From Eledone cirrhosa (taxonomy: Eukaryota): DNA of 64,000 bases. The stretch spans positions 185,876,001-185,940,000 of the forward strand of contig OZ024742.1 of NCBI GenBank assembly GCA_964016885.1. The letters run 5' to 3'. The notes beneath the pieces are model-generated. The model was not told where the DNA came from. It saw only the letters and a program-made list of their open reading frames with translations, and searched no databases. The position numbers and the translations under genes were made by a program. Below, one piece after another: positions 1 through 13,869 of this stretch (positions are counted from its first letter, which is position 1; every line of letters begins with the position of its first letter).

Positions 1-3000
1 TGTTATTGTTGATGTTGCTGTTGTTATTGTTGATGTTGCTGTTGTTATTGTTGATGTTGTTATTGTTGATGTTGCTGTTGTTATTGTTGATGTTGCTGTT
101 GTTATTGTTGCTGTTGTTATTGTTGAAGTTGCTGTTGTTATTGTTGATGTTGCTGTTGTTATTGATGATGTTGCTGTTGTTATTGTTGTTGTTGTTGTTG
201 TTGAATTTCCTGTTGTTATTGTTGATGTTGCTGTTGTTATTGTTGATGTTGCTGTTGTTATTGTTGATGTTGCTGTTGTTATTGTTGTTATTGCTGTTGT
301 TATTGTTGATGTTGCTGTTGTTATTGTTGATGTTGCTATTGTTATTGTTGAAGTTCCTGTTGTTATTGTTGATGTTGCTGTTGTTATTGTTGTTATTGCT
401 GTTGTTATTGTTGATGTTGCTGTTGTTATTGTTGATGTTGCTGTTGTTATTGTTGTTATTGCTGTTGTTATTGTTGATGTTGCTGTTGTTATTGCTGTTG
501 TTGCTGTTGTTATTGTTGATGTTGCTGTTGTTATTGTTGTTGATATTGTTGTTGTTGCTGTTGTTATTGTTGATGTTGCTGTTGTTATTGTTGATGTTGT
601 GTTGTTATTGTTGTTGTTGTTGTTGTTGAAGTTGCTGTTGTTATTGTTGTTATTGGTGTTATTGCTGTTGTTATTGTTGATGTTGCTGTTGTTATTGTTG
701 ATGTTGCTGTTGTTATTGTTGTTATTGCTGTTGTTATTGTTGATGTTGCTGTTGTTATTGCTGTTGTTGCTGTTGTTATTGTTGATGTTGCTGTTGTTAT
801 TGTTGTTATTGCTGTTGTTATTGTTGATGTTGCTGTTGTTATTGTTGATGTTGCTGTTGTTATTGTTGTTGTTGTTGTTGTTTTTGAAGTTGCTGTTGTT
901 ATTGTTGATGTTACTGTTGTTATTGTTGATGTTGCTGTTGTTATTGTTGATGTTGTTGTTGTTATTGTTGATGTTGCTGTTGTTATTGTTGTTATTGCTG
1001 TTGTTATTGGTGATGTTGCTGTTGTTATTGCTGTTGTTGCTGTTGTTATTGTTGATGTTGCTGTTGTTATTGTTGATGTTGCTGTTGTTATTGTTGAAGT
1101 TGCTGTTGTTATTGTTGATGTTGCTGTTGTTATTTTTGTTATTGCTGTTGTTATTGTTGATGTTGCTGTTGTTATTGTTGATGTTGCTGTTGTTATTGTT
1201 GTTATTACTGTTGTTATTGTTGATGTTGCTGTTGTTATTGTTGATGTTGCTGTTATTGTTGCTGTTGTTATTGTTGATGTTGTTGTTATTGCTGTTGTTA
1301 TTGTTGATGTTGCTGTTGTTATTGCTGATGTTACTGTTGTTATTGTTGTTGTTGCTGTTGTTATTGTTGTTATTGCTGTTGTTATTGTTGTTGTTGCCGT
1401 TGTTATTGCTGATGTTGCTGTTGTTATTGTTGTTGTTGCTGTTGTTATTGTTGATGTTGCTGTTGTTATTGTTGTTGCTGTTGTTATTGTTGATGTTGCT
1501 GTTGTTATTGTTGTTGCTGTTGTTATTGTTGATGTTGCTGTTGTTATTGTTGTTGTTGCTGTTGTATTGTTGATGTTGCTGTTGTTATTCTTGATGTTGC
1601 TGTTGTTATTGTTGATGTTGCTGTTGCTGTTGTTGTTGTTGCTGTTATTATTGTTGATGTTGTTGTTGTTATTGTTGTTGCTGTTGTTATTGTTGATGTT
1701 GCTGATGTGATTATTGTTGCTGTTGTTATTCTTGATGTTGCTGTTGTTATTGTTGATGTTGCTGTTGTTATTGTTGTTGTTGCTGTTGATATTGTTGTTG
1801 TTGCTGCTGTTATTGTTGATGTTGCTGTTGTTATTGTTGATGTTGCTGTTGTTATTGTTGTTGCTGTTGTTATTGTTGTTGTTGCTGTTGTTATTGCTGT
1901 TGTTGTTATTGTTGATGTTGTTGTTGCTGTTGTTATTGTTGATGTTGTTGCTGTTATTGTTGTTATTGCTGTTGTTATTGTTGATGTTACTGTTGTTATT
2001 GTTGATGTTGCTGTTGTTATTGTTGATGTTGCTGTTGTTATTGTTGTTATTGCTGTTGTTATTGTTGTTATTGCTGTTGATATTTTTGTTGTTGCTGCTG
2101 TTATTGTTGATGTTGCTGTTGTTATTGTTGATGTTGCTGTTGTTGTAGGTGTTGTTATTGCTGATGTTGTTATTGTTGATGTTGTTGTTGATGTTGTTAT
2201 TGTTGATGTTGTTGTTGTTATTGTTGTTATTGCTGTTGATATTGTTGTTGTTGCTGCTGTTACTGTTGATGTTGCTGTTGTTATTGTTGATGTTGCTGTA
2301 GTTATTGTTGTTGTTGCTGTTGTTATTGTTGTTATTGCTGTTGTTATTGTTGATGTTGCTGTTGTTATTGTTGATGTTGCTGTTGTTATTGTTGATGTTG
2401 CTGTTGTTATTGTTGTTATTGCTGTTGTTATTGTTGATATTGCTGTTGTTATTGCTGATGTTGTTATTGTTGATGTTGTTATTGCTGTTGTTATTGTTGA
2501 TGTTGCTGTTGTTATTGTTGATGTTGCTGTTGTTATTGTTGTTATTGCTGTTGTTATTGTTGATGTTGCTGTTGTTATTGTTGATGTTGCTGTTGTTGTC
2601 GTTGATGTTATTGTTGTTATTGCTGTCGTTATTGTTGATGTTGCTGTTGTTATTGTTGATGTTGCTGTTATTGTTGCTGTTGTTATTGTTGATGTTGTTG
2701 TTATTGTTGCTGTTGTTATTGTTGATGTTGCTGTTATTATTGTTGATGTTGCTGTTGTTATTGTTGATGTTGCTGTTGTTATTGTTGATATTGTTGATGT
2801 TGCTGTTATTATTGTTGATGTTGATATTGTTGATGTTGCTGTTGTTATTGTTGATGTTGCTGTTGTTATTGTTGTTATTGCTGTTGTTATTGTTGATGTT
2901 GCTGTTGTTATTGCTGTTGTTGCTGTTGTTATTGTTGATGTTGCTGTTGTTATTGTTGATGTTGCTGTTGTTATTGTTGAAGTTGCTGTTGTTATTGTTG

Positions 3001-6000
3001 ATGTTGCTGTTGTTATTGTTGTTATTGCTGTTGTTATTGTTGATGTTGCTGTTGTTATTGTTGATGTACTGTTGTTATTGTTGATGTTGCTGTTGTTATT
3101 GTTGTTGTTGCTGTTGTTATTTCTGTTGTCGCTGTTGTTATTGTTGATGATGCTGATGTTATTGTTGTTGCTGTTGTTATTCTTGATGTTGCTGTTGTTA
3201 TTGTTGATGTTGCTGTTGCTGTTGTTGATGTTGCTGTTATTATTGTTGATGTTGTTGTTGTTATTGTTGTTGCTGTTGTTATTGTTGATGTTGCTGATGT
3301 TATTGTTGTTGCTGTTGTTATTCTTGATGTTGCTGTTGTTATTGTTGATGTTGCTGTTGTTATTGTTGTTGTTGCTGTTGATATTGTTGTTGTTGCTGCT
3401 GTTATTGTTGATGTTGCTGTTGTTATTGTTGATGTTGCTGTTGTTATTGTTGTTGCTGTTGTTATTGTTGTTGTTGCTGTTGTTATTGCTGTTGTTGTTA
3501 TTGTTGATGTTGTTGTTGCTGTTGTTATTGTTGATGTTGTTGCTGTTATTGTTGTTATTGCTGTTGTTATTGTTGATGTTACTGTTGTTATTGTTGATGT
3601 TGCTGTTGTTATTGTTGTTATTGCTGTTGTTATTGTTGTTATTGCTGTTGATATTGTTGTTGTTGCTGCTGTTATTGTTGATGTTGCTGTTGTTATTGTT
3701 GATGTTGCTGTTGTTATTGTTGTTGTAGGTGTTGTTATTGCTGATGTTGTTATTGTTGATGTTGTTGTTGATGTTGTTATTGTTGATGTTGTTGTTGTTA
3801 TTGTTGTTATTGCTGTTGATATTGTTGTTGTTGCTGCTGTTATTGTTGATGTTGCTGTTGTTATTGTTGATGTTGCTGTAGTTATTGTTGTTGTTGCTGT
3901 TGTTATTGTTGTTATTGCTGTTGTTATTGTTGATGTTGCTGTTGTTATTGTTGATGTTGCTGTTGTTATTGTTGATGTTGCTGTTGTTATTGTTGTTATT
4001 GCTGTTGTTATTGTTGATATTGCTGTTGTTATTGCTGATGTTGTTATTGTTGATGTTGTTATTGCTGTTGTTATTGTTGATGTTGCTGTTGTTATTGTTG
4101 ATGTTGCTGTTGTTATTGTTGTTATTGCTGTTGTTATTGTTGATGTTGCTGTTGTTATTGTTGATGTTGCTGTTGTTGTTGTTGATGTTGCTGTTGTTAT
4201 TGTTGTTATTGCTGTCGTTATTGTTGATATTGCTGTTGTTATTGTTGATGTTGCTGTTGTTGTCGTTGATGTTATTGTTGTTATTGCTGTCGTTATTGTT
4301 GACGTTGCTGTTGTTATTGTTGACGTTGCTGTTGTTTTTGTTGTTGTTGCTGTTGTTAATGCTGTTGTTATTGTTGATGTCGTTGTTGTTATTGTTGCTG
4401 TTGTTATTGTTGATGTTGCTGTTGTTATTGTTGATGTAGCTGTTGTTATTGTTGATGTTGCTGTTGTTATTGTTGCTGTTGTTATTGTTGATGTAGCTGT
4501 TGTTATTGTTGATGTTGCTGTTGTCATTGTTGATGTTGCTGTTGTTATTGTTGATATTGCTGTTGTTATTGTTGATGTTGCTGTTATTATTGTTAATGTT
4601 GTTATTGTTGATGTTGCTGTTGTATTGTTGTTGCTGTTGTTATTGTTGTTGTGGTGTTATTTTTGATGTTGGTGTTGTTATTGTTGTTATTGTGGATATT
4701 GCATTTGTTATTGTTGATGTTGCTGTTATTATTGTTGATGTTGATGTTATTATTGTTGATGTTGCTGTTGTTATTGTTGATGTTGCTGTTGTTATTGTTG
4801 ATATTGCTGTTGTTATTGTTGATGTTGCTGTTATTATTGTTAATGTTGTTATTGTTGATGCTGCTGTTGTTACTGTTGTTGCTTTTGTTATCGTTGTTAC
4901 TGTCGTTATTTTTGATGTTGGTGATGTTATTGTTGTTGCTGTTGTTATTGTTGATGTTGCTGAAGTTATTGTTGTTGCTGTTGTTATTGTTGATGTTGCT
5001 GTTGTTATTGTTGATGTTGCTGTTCTTATTGTTGATGTTGTTGTTGTTATTGTTGTTGATGTTGTTATTGTTGATGTTGCTGATGTTATTGTTGTTGCTG
5101 CTGTTATTGTTGATGTTGCTGTTGTTATTGTTGAGGTTGCTGTTGTTATTGTTGTTGCTGTTGTTATTGTTGTTGTTGCTGTTGTTATTGCTGATGTGAT
5201 GTGTGCCGTTGTTATTGTTGTTGTTGGTGTTGTTATTGTTGATGTTGCTGTTGTTATTGTTGTTATTGCTGTTTTTATTGTTGATGTTGCTGTTGTTATT
5301 GTTAATGTTGCTGTTGTTATTGTTGTTCTTGCTGTTGTTATTGTTGTTGTTGCCGTTGTTATTGCTGATTTTGCAGTTGTTTTTGTTGTTGTTGCTGTTG
5401 TTATTGTTGTTATTGCTGTTGTTAATGTTGATGTTGCTGTTGTTATTGTTGATGTTGCTGTTGTTATTGTTGTTATTGCTGTTGTTGTTGTTGTTGCCGT
5501 TGTTATTGCTGATATTGCTGGTGTTATTGTTGTTGTTGCTGTTGTTATTGTTGAATGTTGCTGTTGTTATTGTTGTTATTGCTGTTATTATTGTTAATGT
5601 TGCTGTTGTTATTGTTGTTGCTGTTTTTATTGTTGATGTTGCTGTTGTTATTGTTGTTGTTGCTGTTGTTGATGTTGCTGTTGTTATTGTTGTTGCTGCT
5701 GTTGTTATTGTTGATGTTGCTGTTGTTATTGTTGATATTGCTGTTGTTATTGTTGTTATTGCTCTTGTTATTGGTGATGTTGCTGTTGTTATTGCTGATG
5801 TTGCTGTTGTTATTGTTGTTGTTGCTGTTGTTATTGTTGATGTCGCTGTTGTTATTGTTGTTATTGCTGTTGATATTGTTGTTGTTGCTGCTGCTATTGT
5901 TGATGTTGCTGTTGTTATTGTTGATTTTGCTGTAGTTATTGTTGTTGTTGCTGTTGTTATTGTTGTTATTGCTGTTGTTATTGTTGATGTTGCTGTTGTT

Positions 6001-8460
6001 ATTGTTGATGTTGCTGTTGTTATTGTTGATGTTGCTGTTGTTATTGTTGATGTTGCTGTTGTTATTGTTGTTATTGCTGTTGTTATTGTTGATGTTGCTG
6101 TTGTTATTGCTGATGTTGTTATTGTTGATGTTGATGTTGCTGTTGTTATTGTTGATGTTGCTGTTGTTATTTTTGATGTTGCTGTTGTTATTGTTGATGT
6201 TGCTGTTCTTATTGTTGATGTTGCTGTTGTTATTGTTGATGTTGCTGTTGTTATTGTTGTTGTTGTTGTTGTTGAAGTTGCTGTTGTTATTGTTGATGTT
6301 GCTGTTGTTATTGTTGATGTTGCTGTTGTTATTATTGATGTTGCTGTTGTTATTGTTGTTATTGCTGTTGTTATTGTTGATGTTACTGTTGTTATTGTTG
6401 ATGTTGCTATTGTTATTGTTGAAGTTTCTGTTGTTATTGTTGATGTTGCTGTTGTTATTGTTGTTATTGCTGTTGTTATTGTTGATGTTGCTGTTGTTAT
6501 TGTTGATGTTGCTGTTGTTATTGTTGTTATTGCTGTTGTTATTGTTGATGTTGATGTTGTTATTGCTGTTGTTGCTGTTGTTATTGTTGATGTTGCTGTT
6601 GTTATTGTTGTTGATATTGTTGTTGTTGCTGTTGTTATTGTTGATGTTGCTGTTGTTATTGTTGATGTTGCTGTTGTTATTGTTGATGTTGATGTTGTTC
6701 TTGTTGATGTTGTTATTGTTGATGTTGCTGTTGTTATTGTTGCTGTTGTTATTGTTGAAGTTGCTGTTGTTATTGTTGATGTTGCTGTTGTTATTGATGA
6801 TGTTGCTGTTGTTATTGTTGATGTTGCTGTTGTTATTGTTGATGTTGCTGTTGTTATTGTTGTTGATATTGTTGTTGTTGCTGTTGTTATTGTTGATGTT
6901 GCTGTTGTTATTGTTGATGTTGCTGTTGTTATTGTTGATGTTGTTATTGTTGATGTTGCTGTTGTTATTGTTGATGTTGCTGTTGTTATTGTTGCTGTTG
7001 TTATTGTTGAAGTTGCTGTTGTTATTGTTGATGTTGCTGTTGTTATTGATGATGTTGCTGTTGTTATTGTTGTTGTTGTTGTTGTTGAATTTCCTGTTGT
7101 TATTGTTGATGTTGCTGTTGTTATTGTTGATGTTGCTGTTGTTATTGTTGATGTTGCTGTTGTTATTGTTGTTATTGCTGTTGTTATTGTTGATGTTGCT
7201 GTTGTTATTGTTGATGTTGCTATTGTTATTGTTGAAGTTCCTGTTGTTATTGTTGATGTTGCTGTTGTTATTGTTGTTATTGCTGTTGTTATTGTTGATG
7301 TTGCTGTTGTTATTGTTGATGTTGCTGTTGTTATTGTTGTTATTGCTGTTGTTATTGTTGATGTTGCTGTTGTTATTGCTGTTGTTGCTGTTGTTATTGT
7401 TGATGTTGCTGTTGTTATTGTTGTTGATATTGTTGTTGTTGCTGTTGTTATTGTTGATGTTGCTGTTGTTATTGTTGATGTTGTGTTGTTATTGTTGTTG
7501 TTGTTGTTGTTGAAGTTGCTGTTGTTATTGTTGTTATTGTTGTTATTGCTGTTGTTATTGTTGATGTTGCTGTTGTTATTGTTGATGTTGCTGTTGTTAT
7601 TGTTGTTATTGCTGTTGTTATTGTTGATGTTGCTGTTGTTATTGCTGTTGTTGCTGTTGTTATTGTTGATGTTGCTGTTGTTATTGTTGTTATTGCTGTT
7701 GTTATTGTTGATGTTGCTGTTGTTATTGTTGATGTTGCTGTTGTTATTGTTGTTGTTGTTGTTGTTTTTGAAGTTGCTGTTGTTATTGTTGATGTTACTG
7801 TTGTTATTGTTGATGTTGCTGTTGTTATTGTTGATGTTGTTGTTGTTATTGTTGATGTTGCTGTTGTTATTGTTGTTATTGCTGTTGTTATTGGTGATGT
7901 TGCTGTTGTTATTGCTGTTGTTGCTGTTGTTATTGTTGATGTTGCTGTTGTTATTGTTGATGTTGCTGTTGTTATTGTTGAAGTTGCTGTTGTTATTGTT
8001 GATGTTGCTGTTGTTATTTTTGTTATTGCTGTTGTTATTGTTGATGTTGCTGTTGTTATTGTTGATGTTGCTGTTGTTATTGTTGTTATTACTGTTGTTA
8101 TTGTTGATGTTGCTGTTGTTATTGTTGATGTTGCTGTTATTGTTGCTGTTGTTATTGTTGATGTTGTTGTTATTGCTGTTGTTATTGTTGATGTTGCTGT
8201 TGTTATTGCTGATGTTACTGTTGTTATTGTTGTTGTTGCTGTTGTTATTGTTGTTATTGCTGTTGTTATTGTTGTTGTTGCCGTTGTTATTGCTGATGTT
8301 GCTGTTGTTATTGTTGTTGTTGCTGTTGTTATTGTTGATGTTGCTGTTGTTATTGTTGTTGCTGTTGTTATTGTTGATGTTGCTGTTGTTATTGTTGTTG
8401 CTGTTGTTATTGTTGATGTTGCTGTTGTTATTGTTGTTGTTGCTGTTGTATTGTTGATGT
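1..8460. repeat. Higher-order duplication, offset 6884 bp (~1-1575 copied at ~6885-8460)
   Basis: Rare variant GAATTTCCT at 203 and 7087. Shared phase shifts at ~599/7484 and ~1564/8448. ORF ends 629/7513 and 1573/8457 both differ by 6884. Confidence 0.9.
1575..4330. repeat. Diverged duplication, period ~1580 bp
   Basis: GTAGGT marker (ORF ends 2148/3728) and GCTGTAGTT marker (ORF starts 2305/3885) are both offset by 1580. ATTCTTGAT pairs are offset by ~1592. Confidence 0.8.
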
Positions 8461-9359
8461 TGCTGTTGTTATTGTTGATGTTGCTGTTGTTATTGTTGTT
8501 GTTGCTGTTGTTATTGTTGATGTTGCTGTTGTTATTGTTGATGTTGCTGTTGTTATTGTTGTTGTTGCTGTTGTTATTGTTGATGTTGCTGTTGTTATTG
8601 TTGTTGTTGCTGTCGTTATTGTTGATGTTGCTGTTGTTATTGTTGATGTTGCTGTTGTTATTGTTGTTGCTGCTGTTGTTATTGTTGATGTTGCTGTTGT
8701 TATTGTTGTTGTTGCTGGTGTTATTGTTGAAGTTGCTGTGTTATTGTTGTTGTTGTTGCTGTTGTTATTGTTGATGTTGCTGTTGTTATTGTTGATGTTG
8801 CTGTTGTTATTGTTGATGTTGCTGTTGTTATTGCTGATGTTGTTATTGTTGATGTTGTTGTTGCTGTTGTTATTAGTGATGTGGCTGTTGTTATTGTTGT
8901 TGTTGCTGTTGTTATTGTTGTTGATATTGTTGTTGTTGCTGTTGTTATTGTTGTTGTTGCTGTTGTTATTGTTGATGTTGCTGTTGTTATTGCTGATGTT
9001 GTTATTGTTCATGTTGTTGTTGCTGTTGTTATTGTTGATGTTGCTGTTGTTATTGCTGATGTTGTTATTGTTGATGTTGTTGTTGCTGTTTTTATTGTTG
9101 ATGTTGTTATTGTTATTGTTGTTATTGCTGTTATTGTTGTTGTTGATGTTACTTTTGTTATTGTTGATGTTGCTGTTGTTATTGTTGATGTTGTTGTTGT
9201 TATTGTTGTTATTGCTGTTGTTATTGTTGATGTTGCTGTTGTTATTGTTGTTATTACTGTTGTTATTGTTGTCATTGCTGTTGTTATTGCTGATGTTGCT
9301 GTTGTTATTGTTGTTATTGCTGTTGCTATTGTTGTTATTGCTGTTGTTATTGTTGATGT

Positions 9360-12300
9360 TGCTGTTGTTATTGTTGTTATTGCTGTTGTTATTGTTGATG
9401 TTGCTGTCGTTATTGCTGATGTTGTTATTGTTGATGTTGTTGTTGCTGTTGTTATTAGAGATGTGGCTGTTGTTATTGTTGTTGTTGCTGTTGTTATTGT
9501 TGTTGATATTGTTGTTGTTGCTGTTGTTATTGTTGATGTTGCTGTTGTTATTGTTGTTGTTGCTGTTGTTATTGTTGATGTTGCTGTTGTTGTTGCTGAT
9601 GTTGTTATTGTTGATGTTGTTGTTGCTGTTGTTATTGTTGATGTTGCTGTTGTTATTGTTGATGTTGTTGTTGTTATTGTTGTTATTGCAGTTGTTATTG
9701 TTGATGTTACGGTTGTTATTGTTGATGTTGCTGTTGTTATTGTTGATGTTGCTGTTGTTATTGTTGTTATTGCTGTTGTTATTGTTGTTATTGCTGTTGA
9801 TATTGTTGTTGTTGCTGCTGTTATTGTTGATGTGGCTGTTGTTATTGTTGATGTTGCTGTTGTTATTGTTGTTGTTGCTGTTGTTATTGTTGATGTTGCT
9901 GTTGTTATTGTTGATGTTGCTGTTGTTATTGTTGTTATTGCTGTTGTTATTGTTGATGTTGCTGTTGTTATTGTTGATGTTGCTGTTGTTATTGATGACG
10001 TTGTTATTGTTGATGTTGTTGTTGCTGTTGTTATTATTGATGTTGTTGTTGTTATTGTTGTTATTGCTGTTGATATTGTTGTTGTTGCTGCTGCTATTGT
10101 TGATGTTGCTGTTGTTATTGTTGATGTTGCTGTAGTTATTGTTGTTGTTGCTGTTGTTATTGTTGTTATTGCTGTTGTTATTGTTGATGTTGCTGTTGTT
10201 ATTGTTGATGTTGCTGTTGTTATTGTTGATGTTGCTGTTGTTATTGTTGTTATTGCTGTTGTTATTGTTGATGTTGCTGTTGTTATTGCTGATGTTGTTA
10301 TTGTTGATGTTGTTGTTGCTGTTCTTATTGTTGATGTTGCTGTTGTTATTGTTGTTATTGCTGTTGTTATTGTTGATGTTGCTATTGTTATTGTTGATGT
10401 TGCTGTTGTTATTGTTGATGTTGCTGTTGTTATTTTTGATGTTGCTGTTTTTATTGTTGTTATTGATGTTGTTATTGTTGATGTTGGTGTTGTGATTGTT
10501 GATGCTGCGGTTGTTATTGTTGTTATTGCTGTTGTTATTGTTGAGGTTGCTGTTGTTATTTTTATGTTGCTGTTGTTATTGTTGATGTTGCTGTTGTTAT
10601 TGTTGATGTTGCTGTTGTTATTGTTGTTATTGCTGTTGTTATTGTTGATGTTGCTGTTGTTATTGTTGATGCTTCTGTTGTTGTTGTTGATGTTGCTGTT
10701 GTTATTGTTGATGTTGCTGTTGTTATTGTTGATGTTGCTGTTGTTATTTTTGATGTTGCTGTTTTTATTGTTGTTATTGATGTTGTTATTGTTGATGTTG
10801 GTGTTGTGATTGTTGATGCTGCGGTTGTTATTGTTGTTATTGCTGTTGTTATTGTTGAGGTTGCTGTTGTTATTTTTATGTTGCTGTTGTTATTGTTGAT
10901 GTTGCTGTTGTTATTGTTGATGTTGCTGTTGTTATTGTTGTTATTGCTGTTGTTATTGTTGATGTTGCTGTTGTTATTGTTGATGCTTCTGTTGTTGTTG
11001 TTGATGTTGCTGTTGTTATTGTTGTTATTGCTGTCGTTATTGTTGACGTTGCTGTTGTTATTGTTGATGTTGCTGTTGTTATTGTTGTTGTTGCTGTTGT
11101 TAATGCTGTTGTTATTGTTGATGTCGTTGTTGTTATTGTTGCTGTTGTTTTTGTTGATGTTGCTGTTTTTATTGTTGATGTTGTTGTTATTGCTGTTGTT
11201 ATTGTTATTGTTGCTGTTGTTATTGTTGATGTTGCTGTTGTTATTGTTGATGTTGCTGTTATTGTTGCTGTTGTTATTGTTGATGTTGTTGTTATTGTTG
11301 CTGTTGTTATTGTTGATGTTGCTGTTATTATTGTTGATGTTGCTGTTGTTATTGTTGATGTTGCTGTTGTTATTGTTGATATTGTTGATGTTGCTGTTAT
11401 TATTGTTGATGTTGATATTTTTGATGTTGCTGTTGTTATTGTTGATGTTGCTGTTGTTATTGTTGTTATTGCTGTTGTTATTGTTGATGTTGCTGTTGTT
11501 ATTGCTGTTGTTGCTGTTGTTATTTTTGATGTTGCTGTTGTTATTGTTGATGTTGCTGTTCTTATTGTTGAAGTTGCTGTTGTTATTGTTGTTATTGCTG
11601 TTGTTATTGTTGATGTTGCTGTCGTTATTGCTGATGTTGTTATTGTTGATGTTGTTGTTGCTGTTGTTATTAGAGATGTGGCTGTTGTTATTGTTGTTGT
11701 TGCTGTTGTTATTGTTGTTGATATTGTTGTTGTTGCTGTTGTTATTGTTGATGTTGCTGTTGTTATTGTTGTTGTTGCTGTTGTTATTGTTGATGTTGCT
11801 GTTGTTGTTGCTGATGTTGTTATTGTTGATGTTGTTGTTGCTGTTGTTATTGTTGATGTTGCTGTTGTTATTGTTGATGTTGTTGTTGTTATTGTTGTTA
11901 TTGCAGTTGTTATTGTTGATGTTACGGTTGTTATTGTTGATGTTGCTGTTGTTATTGTTGATGTTGCTGTTGTTATTGTTGTTATTGCTGTTGTTATTGT
12001 TGTTATTGCTGTTGATATTGTTGTTGTTGCTGCTGTTATTGTTGATGTGGCTGTTGTTATTGTTGATGTTGCTGTTGTTATTGTTGTTGTTGCTGTTGTT
12101 ATTGTTGATGTTGCTGTTGTTATTGTTGATGTTGCTGTTGTTATTGTTGTTATTGCTGTTGTTATTGTTGATGTTGCTGTTGTTATTGTTGATGTTGCTG
12201 TTGTTATTGCTGACGTTGTTATTGTTGATGTTGTTGTTGCTGTTGTTATTATTGATGTTGTTGTTGTTATTGTTGTTATTGCTGTTGATATTGTTGTTGT

Positions 12301-13800
12301 TGCTGCTGCTTTTGTTGATGTTGCTGTTGTTATTGTTGATGTTGCTGTAGTTATTGTTGTTGTTGCTGTTGTTATTGTTGTTATTGCTGTTGTTATTGTT
12401 GATGTTGCTGTTGTTATTGTTGATGTTGCTGTTGTTATTGTTGATGTTGCTGTTGTTATTGTTGTTATTGCTGTTGTTATTGTTGATGTTGCTGTTGTTA
12501 TTGCTGATGTTGTTATTGTTGATGTTGTTGTTGCTGTTCTTATTGTTGATGTTGCTGTTGTTATTGTTGTTATTGATGTTGTTATTGTTGATGTTGCTAT
12601 TGTTATTGTTGATGTTGCTGTTGTTATTGTTGATGTTGCTGTTGTTATTTTTGATGTTGCTGTTTTTATTGTTGTTATTGATGTTGTTATTGTTGATGTT
12701 GGTGTTGTGATTGTTGATGCTGCGGTTGTTATTGTTGTTATTGCTGTTGTTATTGTTGAGGTTGCTGTTGTTATTTTTATGTTGCTGTTGTTATTGTTGA
12801 TGTTGCTGTTGTTATTGTTGATGTTGCTGTTGTTATTGTTGTTATTGCTGTTGTTATTGTTGATGTTGCTGTTGTTATTGTTGATGCTTCTGTTGTTGTT
12901 GTTGATGTTGCTGTTGTTATTGTTGATGTTGCTGTTGTTATTGTTGATGTTGCTGTTGTTATTTTTGATGTTGCTGTTTTTATTGTTGTTATTGATGTTG
13001 TTATTGTTGATGTTGGTGTTGTGATTGTTGATGCTGCGGTTGTTATTGTTGTTATTGCTGTTGTTATTGTTGAGGTTGCTGTTGTTATTTTTATGTTGCT
13101 GTTGTTATTGTTGATGTTGCTGTTGTTATTGTTGATGTTGCTGTTGTTATTGTTGTTATTGCTGTTGTTATTGTTGATGTTGCTGTTGTTATTGTTGATG
13201 CTTCTGTTGTTGTTGTTGATGTTGCTGTTGTTATTGTTGTTATTGCTGTCGTTATTGTTGACGTTGCTGTTGTTATTGTTGATGTTGCTGTTGTTATTGT
13301 TGTTGTTGCTGTTGTTAATGCTGTTGTTATTGTTGATGTCGTTGTTGTTATTGTTGCTGTTGTTTTTGTTGATGTTGCTGTTTTTATTGTTGATGTTGTT
13401 GTTATTGCTGTTGTTATTGTTATTGTTGCTGTTGTTATTGTTGATGTTGCTGTTGTTATTGTTGATGTTGCTGTTATTGTTGCTGTTGTTATTGTTGATG
13501 TTGTTGTTATTGTTGCTGTTGTTATTGTTGATGTTGCTGTTATTATTGTTGATGTTGCTGTTGTTATTGTTGATGTTGCTGTTGTTATTGTTGATATTGT
13601 TGATGTTGCTGTTATTATTGTTGATGTTGATATTTTTGATGTTGCTGTTGTTATTGTTGATGTTGCTGTTGTTATTGTTGTTATTGCTGTTGTTATTGTT
13701 GATGTTGCTGTTGTTATTGCTGTTGTTGCTGTTGTTATTTTTGATGTTGCTGTTGTTATTGTTGATGTTGCTGTTCTTATTGTTGAAGTTGCTGTTGTTA
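9360..13800. repeat. Two-copy tandem higher-order repeat, period 2215 bp
   Basis: ATTAGAGATGTGGCT at ~9454/11669 and CTTATTGTTGAAG at 11561/13776. ORF starts 10139/12354 and 10806/13021 are also offset by 2215. Confidence 0.92.
10380..11010. repeat. Nested 314-bp tandem duplication inside the 2215-bp unit (also at ~12595-13225)
   Basis: The motif GGTGTTGTGATTGTTGATGCTGCGG...GAGGTT...ATTTTTATG...GATGCTTCT occurs twice per unit. ORF ends 10495/10809 and 12710/13024 differ by 314. Confidence 0.9.
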
Positions 13801-13869
13801 TTGTTGATGTTGCTGTTGTTATTGTTGTTATTGCTGTTGTTATTGTTGATGTTGCTGTTGTTATTGTTG

